From: Octopus sinensis
Taxonomy: Eukaryota
Reading direction: 5' to 3'
Length of the DNA stretch: 64,000 bases
Assembly (NCBI RefSeq): GCF_006345805.1
Contig: NC_042998.1
Span: forward strand, 98,518,001 to 98,582,000
Shown: positions 51,168 through 64,000 of the stretch, in pieces
How the letters are laid out: the number at the start of each line of letters is the position of its first letter
Position numbering within the stretch: the first letter of the stretch is position 1
Notes under the pieces: model-generated
Databases searched by the model: none
The model's input: only the letters and a program-made list of their open reading frames with translations
Told to the model about the DNA's origin: nothing
Made by a program: the position numbers and the translations under genes

Positions 51168-51291
51168 CCTAACCAACAACTTTTTTGAAACTTTACTGAA
51201 AAGTCTGTCCAGTCTGCGGAGTATGAGAATTAAAGCAGGCCGAATTTGTTCTTGGGACCAGTCAGTTATTGGCAGGACATGGACCATGTAA
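51168..51291 (-). CDS. UNC80: UNC80 exon (YMVHVLPITDWSQEQIRPALILILRRLDRLFSKVSKKLLVR)
   Basis: 124 nt, cattag / AGG|GTAAGT, phase 2 to 0. Confidence 0.96.
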
Positions 51292-52649
51292 CTAATGAAT
51301 AAAAAATACAAGACAACAATCATTTGTCACATTTGCAGAGGAAAACAAATACTTGTATATCGTTTCAATGTCAAAAAGAATTTACAAACTTTTGAGAGAA
51401 CATGAAATAATTCTTTTTTGGAACAACAGATCTTGATGCACATAAAGCTACAAATAGCATGTAAATATTGAGTTGTAAAATCTGTTTGGATATAAAAAAG
51501 TTGAAGCCTTTGATTTTTTTTTCTATCCAGAAAAGTTTTTCAACCCAATACTTACATGCTGTTTTTTTTTATACCTGTATGTGTGTATTTTTGTTAGTAA
51601 TTTATTGTTATGTCTAACAAAAAAGGTTTATTGCACATAGACTGAGGAGACTCATCCTCAGAGTTCAATCTGTCTCTAAACTGAGTGGTTATAACAGAAG
51701 GAAATCAGTTAAAGGCAACCAAGTGCCAGCCAGTGTTGTTTCATAGATGGGTCACAATCTAGTGATAACAAAAAAATATAGATAGAAAGAAAAAACAATA
51801 AAATATTTTAATTATTTTTACTTGATGTGGTGCTAAGCAAATGCTGAGCTGAATTTTAACTTCATTTCAACTTCTAAACAGAGCCATTATACCAACCTGT
51901 GGGTTCACCTGTCATCACCAGCTTGAACAGGGAAGAGGGTTTGCAACATTATTTTAGCATCAATTCTTTATTGGGAGTTACTGCAATGGTTACAAAATAT
52001 TTTCATTTGTAATAACTTTAACTTCCTCACTATTATTAGTTACCCATATCTTTATGATGTGAAAGTGCATGGCCTATTGGCTAGGGCATTGCACTCAGGA
52101 TTGCTAGATCATGGGTTCGATTCCTGAGCCAGATAACATATTGTGTTCTTGATTAAAACATTTCATTTCATGTTGTTCAAGTTCACTTAGCTGTAAAAGG
52201 GTCACCCTGTGATGGAATGGACTTCTGATCAAGGGGAATTGGCCTGCTTGCCTAGCCAGTAGGGTAGAATCATTCAAAAGCCAAAACAATGTGAAGCACA
52301 TTGTGACCAACAATGTATAACAACATCTGATAGTCTGGTCAATACCATGATTTCATGATATTGTGATATCCTCATAATAAAGAGATAACAATAAAGGAAA
52401 AGGATATTTTGGGTATTCACATCTAGTGACAAGCATTTCATTGTATTATGGGTAAGACACCAAACTTTTTTTGTTCACTTATTCCTGCAGCAGAACAAGC
52501 AAATATGATTAGAAAAAAAAACTGAAAGGAAATCAGTGGATTGTTGTGCCACCATTCTGTAACATCACTCTGTACTTAACCAATTCATCTCTCTACTAGA
52601 ATTGGTATTTATTTTTATGATGACTAGGTTGACTAAGCGTAATGAAAGT

Positions 52650-52681
<32 letters not shown>

Positions 52682-53143
52682 ACACTATGTAACCAAATTG
52701 TGATTTTTGGGGGGTTTTGGTATTATTTCCTATTTGCTTTCTATCTGGACATAAATGTTTTGAAATTGACCTATTTTCCATTACATTTCAGAGAGATTCA
52801 GGGCTGAGTTGCTGAAGCAGAAATATTATAGCAATACCATAGATTTGCTTGTTACCTGCTTGACCGTAACCACTTGAGCATGACAATATGTGCATCTCTG
52901 ATCATTTGCAGAAGTAGTGGGGGAGCATCGTAGCCATGTGCTGAGAGGGATGCTTTAGGGTTTGAATAAATGTAACAAAAGCAAAGTTTGAAGGAAATAA
53001 CAGAAGCTACCCAAGGACAAAATCGTGTTACACAGTGTAATAGTTAAATAAGTACATATTATATATATCAGTTATAATGTCAAATATATGCTAAGTTGGA
53101 TCCAGATAGAAAATATTACAAAAACCTAAACCATTCAACATAC

Positions 53144-53223
53144 CTTTGTAATCCCGGGCAAGATATGCTGTAGGGGTCATATGGAGCTAGCTTCAATAAT
53201 GTATGAGCAATTTCAGCAAGGCG
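53144..53223 (-). CDS. UNC80: UNC80 exon (RLAEIAHTLLKLAPYDPYSISCPGLQ)
   Basis: 80 nt, ttccag / AAG|GTATGT, phase 0 to 2; strongly conserved motif. Confidence 0.96.
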
Positions 53224-53936
53224 CTGGAAAATTAAAATAAATATATAAATAAATAAAATGACATTTTTAAATAAAAATTATTGAGATAAAATTTTTAAGA
53301 AATACGTTTGGGACTGTGTGGTTAAGTAGCTTACTTTGCAATCACCTGGTTTTAGGTTCAGCCCCACTGCATGGTACCTTGAGCAAGTGTCTTTTACTAT
53401 ACCCCTGGACTAACAATGTCATGAGAGAGGATTTGAGAGATGGGAACCGTGTGGAAGCCCACCATATGAGTATATGTATATATATGTATGTATCATCATC
53501 CTCTTCATTTAACATCTGATTTCCATGCCAGCATGGGTTGCATGGTTTGACAGGAGCTGGCAGGCCTGAGGACTGTACCAACCTCAACTGTCAGCTTTGG
53601 CATGGTTTCTACATTTGGATGCCCTTCCTAATGCCATATATGTAAAAGTGTGCATGTCACCCAACTGTTTCAGAAATAGGTGTTAGCTTGTTTATATCAC
53701 TGAAACGTAGCAGTCCAGCAAAAGAAATCAATAGAATAAGTATCAGACTTACAAAGTAAGTACTTGGATTGATCTGTTTGTGAAAATCCTTCAATACAGT
53801 GCCCCAAGATAGCAACAATCCAATGACTGACACAGGTATAAGACAAAAGATATAGTTCAATTTTCCTGATGACAACTTGTAATATTTACAAGGTAAAGCA
53901 ATTCTAAATAGATCTTCTGCCTAGTTCTTCACTTAC

Positions 53937-54156
53937 ATTATGTGTTTTAGAGTCAAATAGCTCAGGTGGTTTATCAGCAGGACGGAGTGAGGGGTCAGCC
54001 TTCTTTTTTCGCAATTCACGTAGACGGAAGTGACAGTTGGAGAAAAACTCAGAGGAAATGAATAGCAAGGTATCTCGGGGTTTACGAAATTCCTGCTTGG
54101 CATCAACATCATCATCAGGCACATATCCTTTCTTTCTGCCATCATCTCCAACACGG
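53937..54156 (-). CDS. UNC80: UNC80 exon (RVGDDGRKKG...QEFRKPRDTLL...ELFDSKTHN)
   Basis: 220 nt, cttcag / GTAAGT, phase 2 to 0; EFRKPRDTLL motif. Confidence 0.94.
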
Positions 54157-55538
54157 CTGAAGACATAAAATATAAATAAAAACATAAAAGTAATATTAAT
54201 GATTTCATAATAAAGTACAAGGAAGGGAACTGATACTGTGTGATGGTTTCATGTCTTTCTTACCAGAATTAGCAGATTAAGTGAAGGGAATTGCTCTGGT
54301 GAAAAACCAGCAACAGGTTTGCAGATGTGACTCACTGGAAGCTCACCTGTTGTTCTGTGGTGCTTGTCACATCATTAAATATTAAGATTTTGTACACCAC
54401 AATACTAATTTAAGAACAGAATAATTATTTTGATCTTTTACATAACGTAAATATAATTTAAAGTATTTTCATATTTTGAAGTTATTTTTATAACTGGATG
54501 TTATTTGTAAGATTCATCATTGCTCAACAGAATGGGAATATTTTACAATAAATATAGATTATGGCAAGTAATAATGTGTTCCATGATACCCAACATGATG
54601 ATGACGATGGCGACGATGATGATGATATATGGAAGCAGTTAAATTGATAAAATTTGATACTAGTTTTTATTTGTGTTCTTTTTCTAGTAATTTTGTTTTG
54701 AAATTTCAAATTGATAAAACTGAAATTGAAGTAAAAATAAATAAATAAATAAAAATATTGAAAAGAAAAAATTCAAAATTGAAATTTGAACTTAAATCAA
54801 AATTTAATGAAAAAGCAGAAATTTTTATTAACGTGGATCTATAAACGTCTTTAATTGTTCATTGACTTTACAACCACTAAATCACTGATTTCAGCTAATG
54901 AAAATATTTCCATTTTAACTTTAAATTTCAAATCTCCCATCAAACAGATTGAAAAATAACATAACTCAAATCAGACTTCCCCTTTCCAGTTTGAACCAGT
55001 GATCTATAGCTTATAAACAGATATAACTGTATCTCTTTCTTGATTAAATTTCAAACAAAAAAAGAAACAAGAAAAGATAATCAATGTACATGGTTTAAAC
55101 AGGCATACAGCCTTCAGTTTATAGTAGAACTAACATTGTAGGATACTCATATTCATGCATTTTCCAAGCAATTCCAATTAGCAATCAAAATGAGATTACT
55201 GACCCAATTTTCTATCCACTAAGCACCTTCTACAGATAGTAAAATTATATAAAATCAATATATTAAAAAAATGTAGAAAATCCTTAGAAGCTGTAAGCTT
55301 TTGGCCGGTTTAGACTGCAATCCAATTTATGCTCAATTTATTCATCTTTATGTCAGGAGTGTAGGCAGTGGCCTTTACAAGGCCTTTGAGACTGGTGGAA
55401 GACAGAGAGAAGAAGGTATCTCCAAACTGGAGATATAGTTTGAATGCTTGCAATAAAGTGGACTCCACTAAAAGTGCTCAAGATGTCAGGAAATGGTGTT
55501 AAACTGGGTGAGGGTTTAGATCTACCACCCAAGTAGAA

Positions 55539-56107
55539 CACTATATACTAAGATTCCAGAGGAATGAGGGAAATGGGAAATTGTGATACTTTTGTCTTTT
55601 ACAAATGTATTAAATAGAATAGATAAAATAGACTAAATTAGTATTGGATGAATTGCTAAAGCACCTATCAGTATTTCTTCTTGCAGTATTTCTTCCTATT
55701 CTCCATAGTCTCTGTTCAAATCTGACCAAGGTCACTTTGCTTTTCATCTTTGTAAGGTCGATAAAAATATACCAATTCAGGAAATTGGATTGATGGGACT
55801 GTACATAGAAGGCAAAATACTGGGACAGATACTGCAAGACATCGAGTTTAACATTCTTACAGTCCCACCAATCCAATGTTCAAGATTGGTATATTTTTAT
55901 TGACTCTGTAAAGATGAAAAGCCTTGGCCTTGGCAGGATTTGAACTTAGAGCGCAGAAAATAGGAACAAATACTCAAAGTGTTATTTCTGGTGCTCTAAC
56001 AATTCAGCCCATGCTAGATTAATTTATTTTATTTATGCGTCTTCTAAAAGGCATAAACATCACAATTTCCCATTTCTCTCATTCCTCTAGAATATTAGGA
56101 TGTAGTG
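55539..56107. repeat. About 570-nt nested imperfect inverted repeat
   Basis: Outer arms GAGGAATGAGGGAAATGGGAAATTGTGAT / ATCACAATTTCCCATTTCTCTCATTCCTC, inverted SINE pieces, inner TTGGATTGATGGGACTGTA / TACAGTCCCACCAATCCAA. Confidence 0.8.
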
Positions 56108-56188
56108 AACCAAGAAACCAACATTTAAGCATGGTTATAAATTATTTCCTGTTCTAAATTAATTTACTGGAGAATTCATTTTGCAGAC

Positions 56189-56317
56189 CTGGTATGAGAT
56201 TCTTCTTTATCATCATAATAATATCCAGATGTTTGTGTGGAGAAGTTGGTATGATTCTGCATAGGTTTCATGCTTGCATTTACAACCTCCATGTGACGCT
56301 GTGGAATACTCATATTT
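56189..56317 (-). CDS. UNC80: UNC80 exon (NMSIPQRHMEVVNASMK...DDKEESHT)
   Basis: 129 nt, phase 2 to 2; the donor CAG|GTCTGC is weak but fits phase and lies just before the in-frame stop. Confidence 0.82.
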
Positions 56318-56745
56318 CTGTCAGAGAAATTAGAGAATGAAAAAAGGAAAAAAAAAAAAGAAAATCACTGAAAATCCCATAGCTGGATAGTAAAAGAGTG
56401 ACAAATTAATTAAATATAGTTTCTGATTGAGATACAACACCAGCAATTTTAAGGGGAAGGTTAGTCAATACTACTGACCCCAGTACTTGATTGACTCCAA
56501 AAAGATGAAAGACAGTTGATCTCAGCAGGATATGAAACCAGAACATAAAGAATTATAAGAAAAATTGTATGGCATTTTGTCTGATGCTCTAACGATTCTG
56601 CTAGCTTGCTGCCTTAGTTAACTAATAATAAAATTAACTAAAACTAGTGTATGTTTTTATTGTCAGCATGAGTTCCTTAAAAGACAATAGTGCTATATAA
56701 GAAATGTTGAAAAATACTCAACACACAAAATAAAAAACGTTAACA

Positions 56746-57089
56746 TAGTCATCAGTATATCATAATGTAAATATATCACAAAAGGCCAATTTACTGAGAT
56801 ATTTGTCCTGAGATAATATCTCTTATAGAAGTGCTGTGTTTTAAAACACAGCATATTTTAGTAGTAGATCAAAATCATCCTAGCTGTAGATGAGAATGCT
56901 AGATGTATTTCTGCCTCATTGGTCATTGTCGATAGTGTATACTCACAGCTAACCATTGCCAAGAGGAAATTTGTCATCATTGATATATTTTCTGTTTTTA
57001 AACATAGCATAATATTATCTCAGGATAAATGCTGGAATAAACCTGCCTTTTACAATGTATTTATATTAAGTATGATGCACAGATGACTA
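56746..57089. repeat. MITE-like imperfect inverted repeat
   Basis: TAGTCATC..TCCTGAGATAATAT / ATATTATCTCAGGA..GATGACTA. Confidence 0.7.
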
Positions 57090-57391
57090 CTTTAATCTAA
57101 TACTGCTTCCGTTACATATAACAGATTTGTACAAAACACAAACATTTTCATCTATGTTTGAATCAAACATTTGTTATTTGTATAGATTATCGAATAAATA
57201 TTTCACAGCTGGGTGTAATAAAATCACACTGCTATGAAACTGGTTAACTTTTGAAACTGAAAATTTAAAAACTGCAATTTAAGTTTAAAAAGGAACAAAA
57301 ATTAGAAAGGAAAATAAGAAGCAAAATCTAATAATGAAATGAATAGAATAGAACAAAAATTATATTGAGTTGAAAAGAGTGGTTATCATAC

Positions 57392-57549
57392 CTTGTGAAT
57401 ATTTCACATGAATTAATCAAGGCTCTTATTGAGACAGCTATATTGGTAATAGCTTGGATCTCTGCTTGAGCTGCACTCAGGCTTTCTTTCTGCGTAGTTC
57501 CTTCCTTTAGATGTTTCAAAAATCTTGGCACAACTACTTCCAGGATAAT
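57392..57549 (-). CDS. UNC80: UNC80 exon (IILEVVVPRFLKHLKE...RALINSCEIFT)
   Basis: 158 nt, tctcag / AAG|GTATGA, phase 0 to 2; inside supplied ORF 57328..57852. Confidence 0.93.
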
Positions 57550-57689
57550 CTGAGAGAAATCATTATACATGCATTTAAATATGAGAATATAAACTTGTAT
57601 GTGTATGGGTGGTGGTGGTGTGTGTGTGCAAGAGTGTGTAAGTATGGGTGGATATATTGAATGAATGTTCTGTTTAACTCTCTTTTCCT

Positions 57690-57890
57690 CATCTCTCATG
57701 TACATCAATACACACACACATGCATGCATGCATGCATGCACGAACACACAAATACTCATGTTCAATTTAAATTTGATCATAAACATCTCATGTACATCAA
57801 CACACACTCGCATGCATGCATGCATGTACGCATGCATGCACGAACAACACACAAATACTCATGTTCAATTTAAATTTGATCATAAACATC
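57690..57890. repeat. About 100-bp direct tandem duplication containing (TGCA)n
   Basis: CTCATGTACATCAA..ACAAATACTCATGTTCAATTTAAATTTGATCATAAACATCT present twice. Confidence 0.9.
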
Positions 57891-59267
57891 TATTAAATTT
57901 ATTTATAATTTTATAAGAAAAAACAAAAAAAAATTTCTTGCAAATAATTTTCATAAAACCAGTTTAGGTTGTGTAATATTTTAGATGAATATTTCCCAAT
58001 CTGGTGGAATATTTAAAATACATTTATGCCTCAGGAAACCACATGAAAATATTATTAACTATCTATATTAATCCTTTTCTTTCTCTTTTACAGAGTTAAA
58101 TTTCATAGGAGATGCTTGTGTAGCTGTGTGTTTAATAAGATTGCTATGGACCCATGTGTTTAGGTATGCTGTTGGCTGGTTTCCTCTTTCACAATGCTTT
58201 GTGAGTGAAATTTGGTAGGTGGAATTGGAAGAAGCCTGTTGTGTGTGTGTGTGTGCATGCATGATTGAGTGAATAAACTCCTTGTCTTGGTATGTGCATG
58301 TTGACTAGGGGCAAAGCCTCCCTGTTCATATAAACAGTGTTGTTTGTAGTCCACCATAAAAATATGTCTGAGATTCTTGACATGATTTGAAGCACTATAA
58401 ACCAATCTATCACTATTTGTATAAACAACATTTATTTGCAATCCATCATGAAAGCATGTCTAGGCTGTTTGTTGTTTGATAGATTGAAGAAATTATTCCC
58501 TTGCTTAGAAACAAAGGTGGGGTGACATCTGAAGTACACCTCACTGCAGAAAATTTGGTTTCAATGAAGTTTCATCTGGTCTGTGCAGGCATGGAAAACT
58601 AATCCTTAAAATGCTGCTACTACCACTGATGATGATGATTAAATAAGTTATGAAACTGTTGTTGAAAGTTTTTCAGGGCTAAGTTCATTAAATGTCATAA
58701 AGAAGGTTTAAGGAATTTCAACATTTTTCTTACCATATTTCTGATGAAATACACTGGCTTTGTTTCAGATAATTTTGAAAATAATGAAGAATTTAGTAAA
58801 CTATCTGGTTGTCATTGTTAAATTGGCATGTGGAACATAAATTAAGATGAAATTTTAATGTAAAATTTTAATTTAGATCACTTGAAAATAAGGAATTAAC
58901 TTCATAGAAACAGGGGTGATTTCAGGTGGGTTGATATCAAAAGGGTTAAATAAATTCTCTTACAATTCCCAATTAAGGACTCTTTACAACCTAGAGATGC
59001 CAATATTTTGAATATACTGAGTGTGAATAATAAAATAAAATAAGAAAAAAAAAGAATTAAACATAAAAATGACTAAAAATGCATTTGCATATTATTAGCT
59101 TATATATCATTATTTCTCATGGAATTTCTAGTAACCTCTTGTAGAATCCTATAATTGTGAGGAACCCTGTCTTGGAAACATTAGTATTAGATACTTAACT
59201 AATGATCAGAGTTAAAACTAAGTTCTAGGAATTGTTTTTCTTATATAAATTATAGATTTCAACTTAC

Positions 59268-59378
59268 CAACATTTGGTAGCTCCGGAAGGAATCAGGAGA
59301 ATATGCAATGACAGTCACACACATATTTACAATATCAACCATATCAAAGTTTCCAGAATCATTTTCATAGCAAAAGTC
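59268..59378 (-). CDS. UNC80: UNC80 exon (DFCYENDSGNFDMVDIVNMCVTVIAYSPDSFRSYQML)
   Basis: 111 nt, ctgtag / GTAAGT, phase 0 to 0. Confidence 0.95.
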
Positions 59379-60659
59379 CTACAGAACAAATAATATTTGA
59401 AGATAAATTTAAAGAAACATTTAAGCCAAAAAACAAGCATCATCAAAATCACAATGTCATCATTGTATTTCATTAATTTTTCCATTTTAGTTTTGGTTTA
59501 ATAGTTTATATTAGTTAAATATCATTATATATTTGAGGGTGGTCTTCTTTTAGTTTGTTAAATATACTTTCACTTTCTTTTTTGTATTGGTTTATATGAC
59601 CAAGATGGTTTTTTTGTAAATCTGGACATTTTGAGAAATAATATTTTTTCTTTAGCATACAGGACAAAATAATGCTCAGTGACATTTCTTTTGGCTCTTT
59701 ACATTCTAAGTTCAAATGCTGCAAAGGTTGACTTTGCTTTTCATCTTTTCAAGGTTGATAAAATAAGTATCACTTGAGTACTGGGGTTGATGCAGTCAGC
59801 TTCCCTTTTCCCACAAAATTGCTGGGCTTGTGCCAAAATTAGAAAGGACGAATTTCTTTTTACCACTGAATGCTGCTTTTATAATAACCAATATAATTAT
59901 GAAATAGGGTAAGAACCTGAAATTACTCAGGTAGACTGAGGCACACATCATCATCATCATTTACCATCTGTTTTCCATGCTGGCATGGGTTGGCTGCTTC
60001 AACAGGAGCTGGCAAATCAGAAGACTGTACTAACCTCTATTGTCTGCTTTGGCATGAGCTTTACAGCTGGATACTCTTCTTAGTGCCAACCACTGGACTG
60101 GGTGCTTTTTAAAAGGCACCAGCAGCAGTGTGGATACCAAATAATTTACAAGATAAGTGCCCTCAACTGAGGGAAGGAGTAGTATTGAGGAATAGATGTA
60201 TATATATTTCCCAGGTGCTCAAAATAAAAGGTTCAATAGTAAGAGTTGAACTTTTTATCAGATAATCAATAAAGAATGGCATTAACCTTATAGGTGTTAT
60301 GGCTCACACTAGCTCAAATGTAATTGAAATATCGACTAATTGCAGTTCTAATTAAAAAAATTCCTACAGCTAAGTTTCCAAATTTTGTGAAGAATATCAC
60401 AATAATTATATTTAAAAATGATTTCTTAAATAAGTATGGAATTTCATATTGAAATTGGGTGGCATTATAGTTACATAACATCATAGTTATGTCACCATTA
60501 GTGTTGTTAATGTAAAAGAACTTGTTCTTACTGTAAGGTAAAAATAGATTTCAGATTTAGTTTTTCTAGAACTTGCTCTAGTAATGTATGTTATTCAAAA
60601 TAAAAAAAAAAAAAATGAAAACAAATATTGAGATTCAATTATAATTTGTCAAAACTTAC

Positions 60660-60767
60660 TAGTGCCTTTAGTGGTTTCTCTCCAGTGACTAAATCAAGGA
60701 TGTCCAAATTATCATTAACAGAATGACCAATATCAAGGATAATTCTGAATAAGCACTCAGGTTGTAT
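60660..60767 (-). CDS. UNC80: UNC80 exon (IQPECLFRIILDIGHSVNDNLDILDLVTGEKPLKAL)
   Basis: 108 nt, ttccag / GTAAGT, phase 0 to 0; EKPLKAL-DFCY motif spans the junction. Confidence 0.93.
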
Positions 60768-60964
60768 CTGGAATTTAAAAAATAAAAAGAGAGAGAGATT
60801 ATTTCAACTTATTTCACTGTCATTTGGTAGTTTATTGTTTCAAGTAGCAAAATTTTTTTTGAGTAAAAAAAGTTTTTTTTCATGTTAACCTGGACATTTT
60901 GTATAGTTGATGAGATGATTTTTCGAAGATATAGCATACACAATATAAAGAAAGAAATTTTTAC

Positions 60965-61033
60965 CTTATTACAGTCAAACACTCTTGTTACACAGCTGTC
61001 CATATCTAGAATTGGTGCAGTACTGCCAAACAT
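60965..61033 (-). CDS. UNC80: UNC80 exon (MFGSTAPILDMDSCVTRVFDCNK)
   Basis: 69 nt, tttcag / AAG|GTAAAA, phase 0 to 0. Confidence 0.92.
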
Positions 61034-62139
61034 CTGAAAATATATATCAACAGCTTATTAAATATTTGAAGTGGGTAAAATATTTCATATTACATAATTA
61101 CTTCCTGTTTTTGTATTTTAGTTAAGTTGATAAATTATAAAATTACATATGCACTCAAAGACATAGTACAATTTAAAGAGAGGTGATACAGAAACTGAAA
61201 GTTGTAGGTTTAGAGAAATACTGGTTGACACCTGACATGAGGGAGGAACTAGAGACTTATAACATAGAGGGCAAGCAGGAATTTCAACAAGGTATCTTTC
61301 TGATGGCTGTAGAGTTGTAGGTGATGCAAGGTAACAGTCAAATTGAAGTTGAATAGTACCTTAAATGCAGCCATGAAAGCTGAAAAACAGACTTGGAAAG
61401 ACTAGAAGTGGGAGGGTGGGGGCTACAGAGAACAATATCAAGTGTATAGAAGAGAAGTTAGTTATCAGCTGTATATAGCAGAGAGAAAGGTAAAAAGTAA
61501 GAGGCTTGCACATGTTCTACAATGGTGAAAATGAGGGATGTGAGATATTTCAAACTGCATGATAATGTACCAGAGAAATAATGAAAACCATCATTGGAGG
61601 AGAAGTGAGTTTGGAATGTCCATGTCATCTATTCACCCTTTTGGTCAAGTTAGCTTGAATTAATGTACACAGTATAAAAGTAGTGGCTCTACAATGATGA
61701 CTATATATATATCCATTTTTCCATGTTAACATGGGTCAGGTGGAATTTGTTGAGGCAGATGTTCTATGGCTAGATGCCCTTACTGTTGCCAACCTTCACC
61801 TATTTCTAAGTGAGGTAATTTTTCACATTTCTATGTGTTTCTGTGGAAGTGTGAAACAAAGGACATGATTTGCATGACAGTGACACTTGCTTACAATTAT
61901 CATACAATGTCAAGGCAAGGAGACAGAAACTTATACACATACACATGCATACATATATATACAACGGAATTCTTTCAAGTTCTGTTAACTCACACACGCG
62001 CGTGCGCAAATACACACATGTATGTATGTATGTATGTATGTATGTATGTATGTATGCATGCATATAAAACAAGACATCATTTGTTCTTAAAGCAAGTAAT
62101 TCACTTAAATATGAAACTTAATAGTTTGTTTTACTATAC

Positions 62140-62269
62140 CTGAAGTATAAAAGGTTTTCTGTGAAGGATGTAAAATTGGCGGCAAGTGAACTCTATAGCT
62201 TTACACAGGACGGTGTTTGGTTGGTTGTTGCTGTACACTCGAAGAATAGTTGGCATTATATGCAAGAAG
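62140..62269 (-). CDS. UNC80: UNC80 exon (FLHIMPTILRVYSNNQPNTVLCKAIEFTCRQFYILHRKPFILQ)
   Basis: 130 nt, ttccag acceptor, CAG|GTATAG donor, phase 2 to 0; conserved QFYILHRKPF motif. Confidence 0.95.
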
Positions 62270-62924
62270 CTGGAATATATATATATATACATATATATAC
62301 ACATAATGTTTTAAAACTTGCAGTAGTAAACTTGTAATAATATGTTTAGTTTCATTTCAAAATTGTACTTGTTTGGCCAGGGATATTTTATGCAGAGACT
62401 GAAATGATTACACAATTGTAGAGTTGTGATAATGAACTTTCCTGTTGTAGATGACAGTTGAGGATTCTGTAATTTCTTACTGAACAACCTGCACAGATGA
62501 TTTGCTTTAGTGATTAAATGTTTGTGCTATACATTAGGTCACTCAGTCTATCAAACTGATATTACCTGTACTAGTGCATGGTGTTGAAGTAGTCACAGAG
62601 CAACATGAAATGTTTTGTTCAAGAACACAATGCATCACTTGGTCCAGGAACTGAAACTAAATCATGTGACTGTGAGTATAATACCTGAACCACTAGGCCA
62701 TGCCCCCTCATTTGAGTCATGATATGATAGTCATATTCGACACACCTATTAATTTTGTTTCATTTTATTTAGTGATTACATTATAAACAATAAAGTGTCA
62801 AAACATGTTGTTATGTATCCAAGATTTAGTTACTGATACAGTTCCACTGCATCAGTTGGCAGTCTGTACTAACTAATTCTTGTAGGTGGCAGGGGAAATC
62901 TGGTTGTTTTTTTTGACAATAAAC

Positions 62925-63557
62925 TTTGCTTGTGAAGACCTACAGAGGCAAGTGAAATCAAAATCAAAATCGCTGACATGGCCGATGACAGTACTGCCTG
63001 ATTGGCACTTATGCCAGTAGAATGTTAAAAGCATATCCGAACATGGGGGTGTAACCGGCCCACTTATGAATACCCCTCATTCATTGGACAATGAACTTTG
63101 CTTGCAAAGACCTATTGAGGCAAGTGAAAACAAATCAAAATAGCTGACATGGTCAATGACAGTACCGCCTGATTGGCACTCGTACCAGTGGAATGTTAAA
63201 AGCACATCCGAGCATGATTGTTGCCAGGGGCACGGATTGGTTCCCGTGCTGGTGGCACGTGAAAAACAACATTCGAGTATGGTCGTTGCTAGTATCACTG
63301 GACTGGCTGCCGTGCAGGTAGCACATAAAAAACACTTTTTGAGCGTGGTCGTTGCCAGAACCGCCTGACTGGCCCTCCTGCTGGTGTCACGTAAAAGCAC
63401 CCACTACACTCTCGGAGTGGTTGGCATTAGGAAGGGCATCCAGCTGTAGAAACTTTGCCAGATCAGATTGAGCCTGGTGCAGCCTCTGACTCACCGTCAA
63501 ACCGTCCAAACCATGCCAGCATGGAAAACAGACGTTAAACGATGATGATGATGATGA
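62925..63557 (+). mobile_element. RTE-type 3' UTR/tail fragment with degenerate tandem units
   Basis: GGTGGCACGT units, GGAAGGGCATCCAGCTGTAGAAAC, (GAT)n tail. Confidence 0.8.
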
Positions 63558-64000
63558 TTTTCCTCTTACTTTTAAATTTTCTAATTATTTTTATAAGGAT
63601 TCTAAAGTTTCTTAATTTCTTGTCAATTTAACATGTATTAAACACACATGTATGTTTGTCTGGATGTGAGATTTCCCACCATCCTGAACACTTGACATTG
63701 TTTTTAATCTTCCTTTTTCTGAAAAAACATACGTTGCTTGCGGCAAACTATTTAGATGCAAGGGATGTAACTCTGTTTCTCATTCTTTCAATGACTTATC
63801 AATAGAGTGAGATAAAAAATACTAAAACAGTTGTTTTTGTTTAGTCCTCTCCAGCCTTGCTAACGATGACCTATAGCGCGTAAGTAGTTGAGTGAAGGTC
63901 TGAGTATGTCCCATGGATCCAGTAACCTAAAGACCAGATTCACAGCTGAACAATAGATTGGTTCAAACAAAAATAAATAAAAGTGGAAGAAAGGAAAACA

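Larger units (their letters stand above)
9704..62269 (-). other. UNC80: UNC80 gene span (partial: 21 coding exons, about 974 aa of the C-terminal region; continues beyond the window)
   Basis: All 21 exons have AG/GT ends and compatible phases (total 2923 nt = 1 + 974 codons, no stop). Peptides such as QFYILHRKPFILQ, CVTVIAYSPDSFRSYQML, RLAEIAHTLLKLAPYD, LPITDWSQEQIRPALILILRRLDRLF and LWKFLDFIV are collinear with the vertebrate UNC80 C-terminal region as I recall it; not database-checked. Confidence 0.95.

Noticed and set aside
51640-51672. CTGAGGA followed by a GACTC/GAGTT stem (hammerhead-like)
   Set aside because: The GAAA box is missing and there is no second copy in the window.

Overview
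AT-rich, repeat-dense eukaryotic genomic DNA. The SINE/RTE repertoire and the (TA)n/(AAT)n/(CAT)n microsatellite load look like an octopus (coleoid cephalopod) genome; this is an inference, not a database result. The window lies inside one minus-strand gene, the 3' part of UNC80 (auxiliary subunit of the NALCN sodium-leak channel). I mapped 21 GT-AG exons from 62269 down to 9704 that splice in phase into about 974 uninterrupted codons. The start is beyond the right edge and no terminal exon was identified. Introns hold tRNA-derived SINEs, a young 5'-truncated RTE LINE, R4/Dong-type and HERO-type endonuclease fragments, and mariner and probable Merlin fossils. The most interesting signal is three unrelated small non-coding repeat families that each carry a Penelope-type minimal hammerhead-ribozyme motif and each occur as tails-out inverted pairs. 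One family has a tRNA-like Pol III head fused to the hammerhead body, suggesting a Penelope-mobilised SINE/retrozyme hybrid. There are also two candidate unannotated UNC80 cassette exons (15/11 nt and 43 nt) and several long fold-backs beside exons that could be ADAR substrates. Most short ORFs in the supplied track are microsatellite or repeat artefacts.
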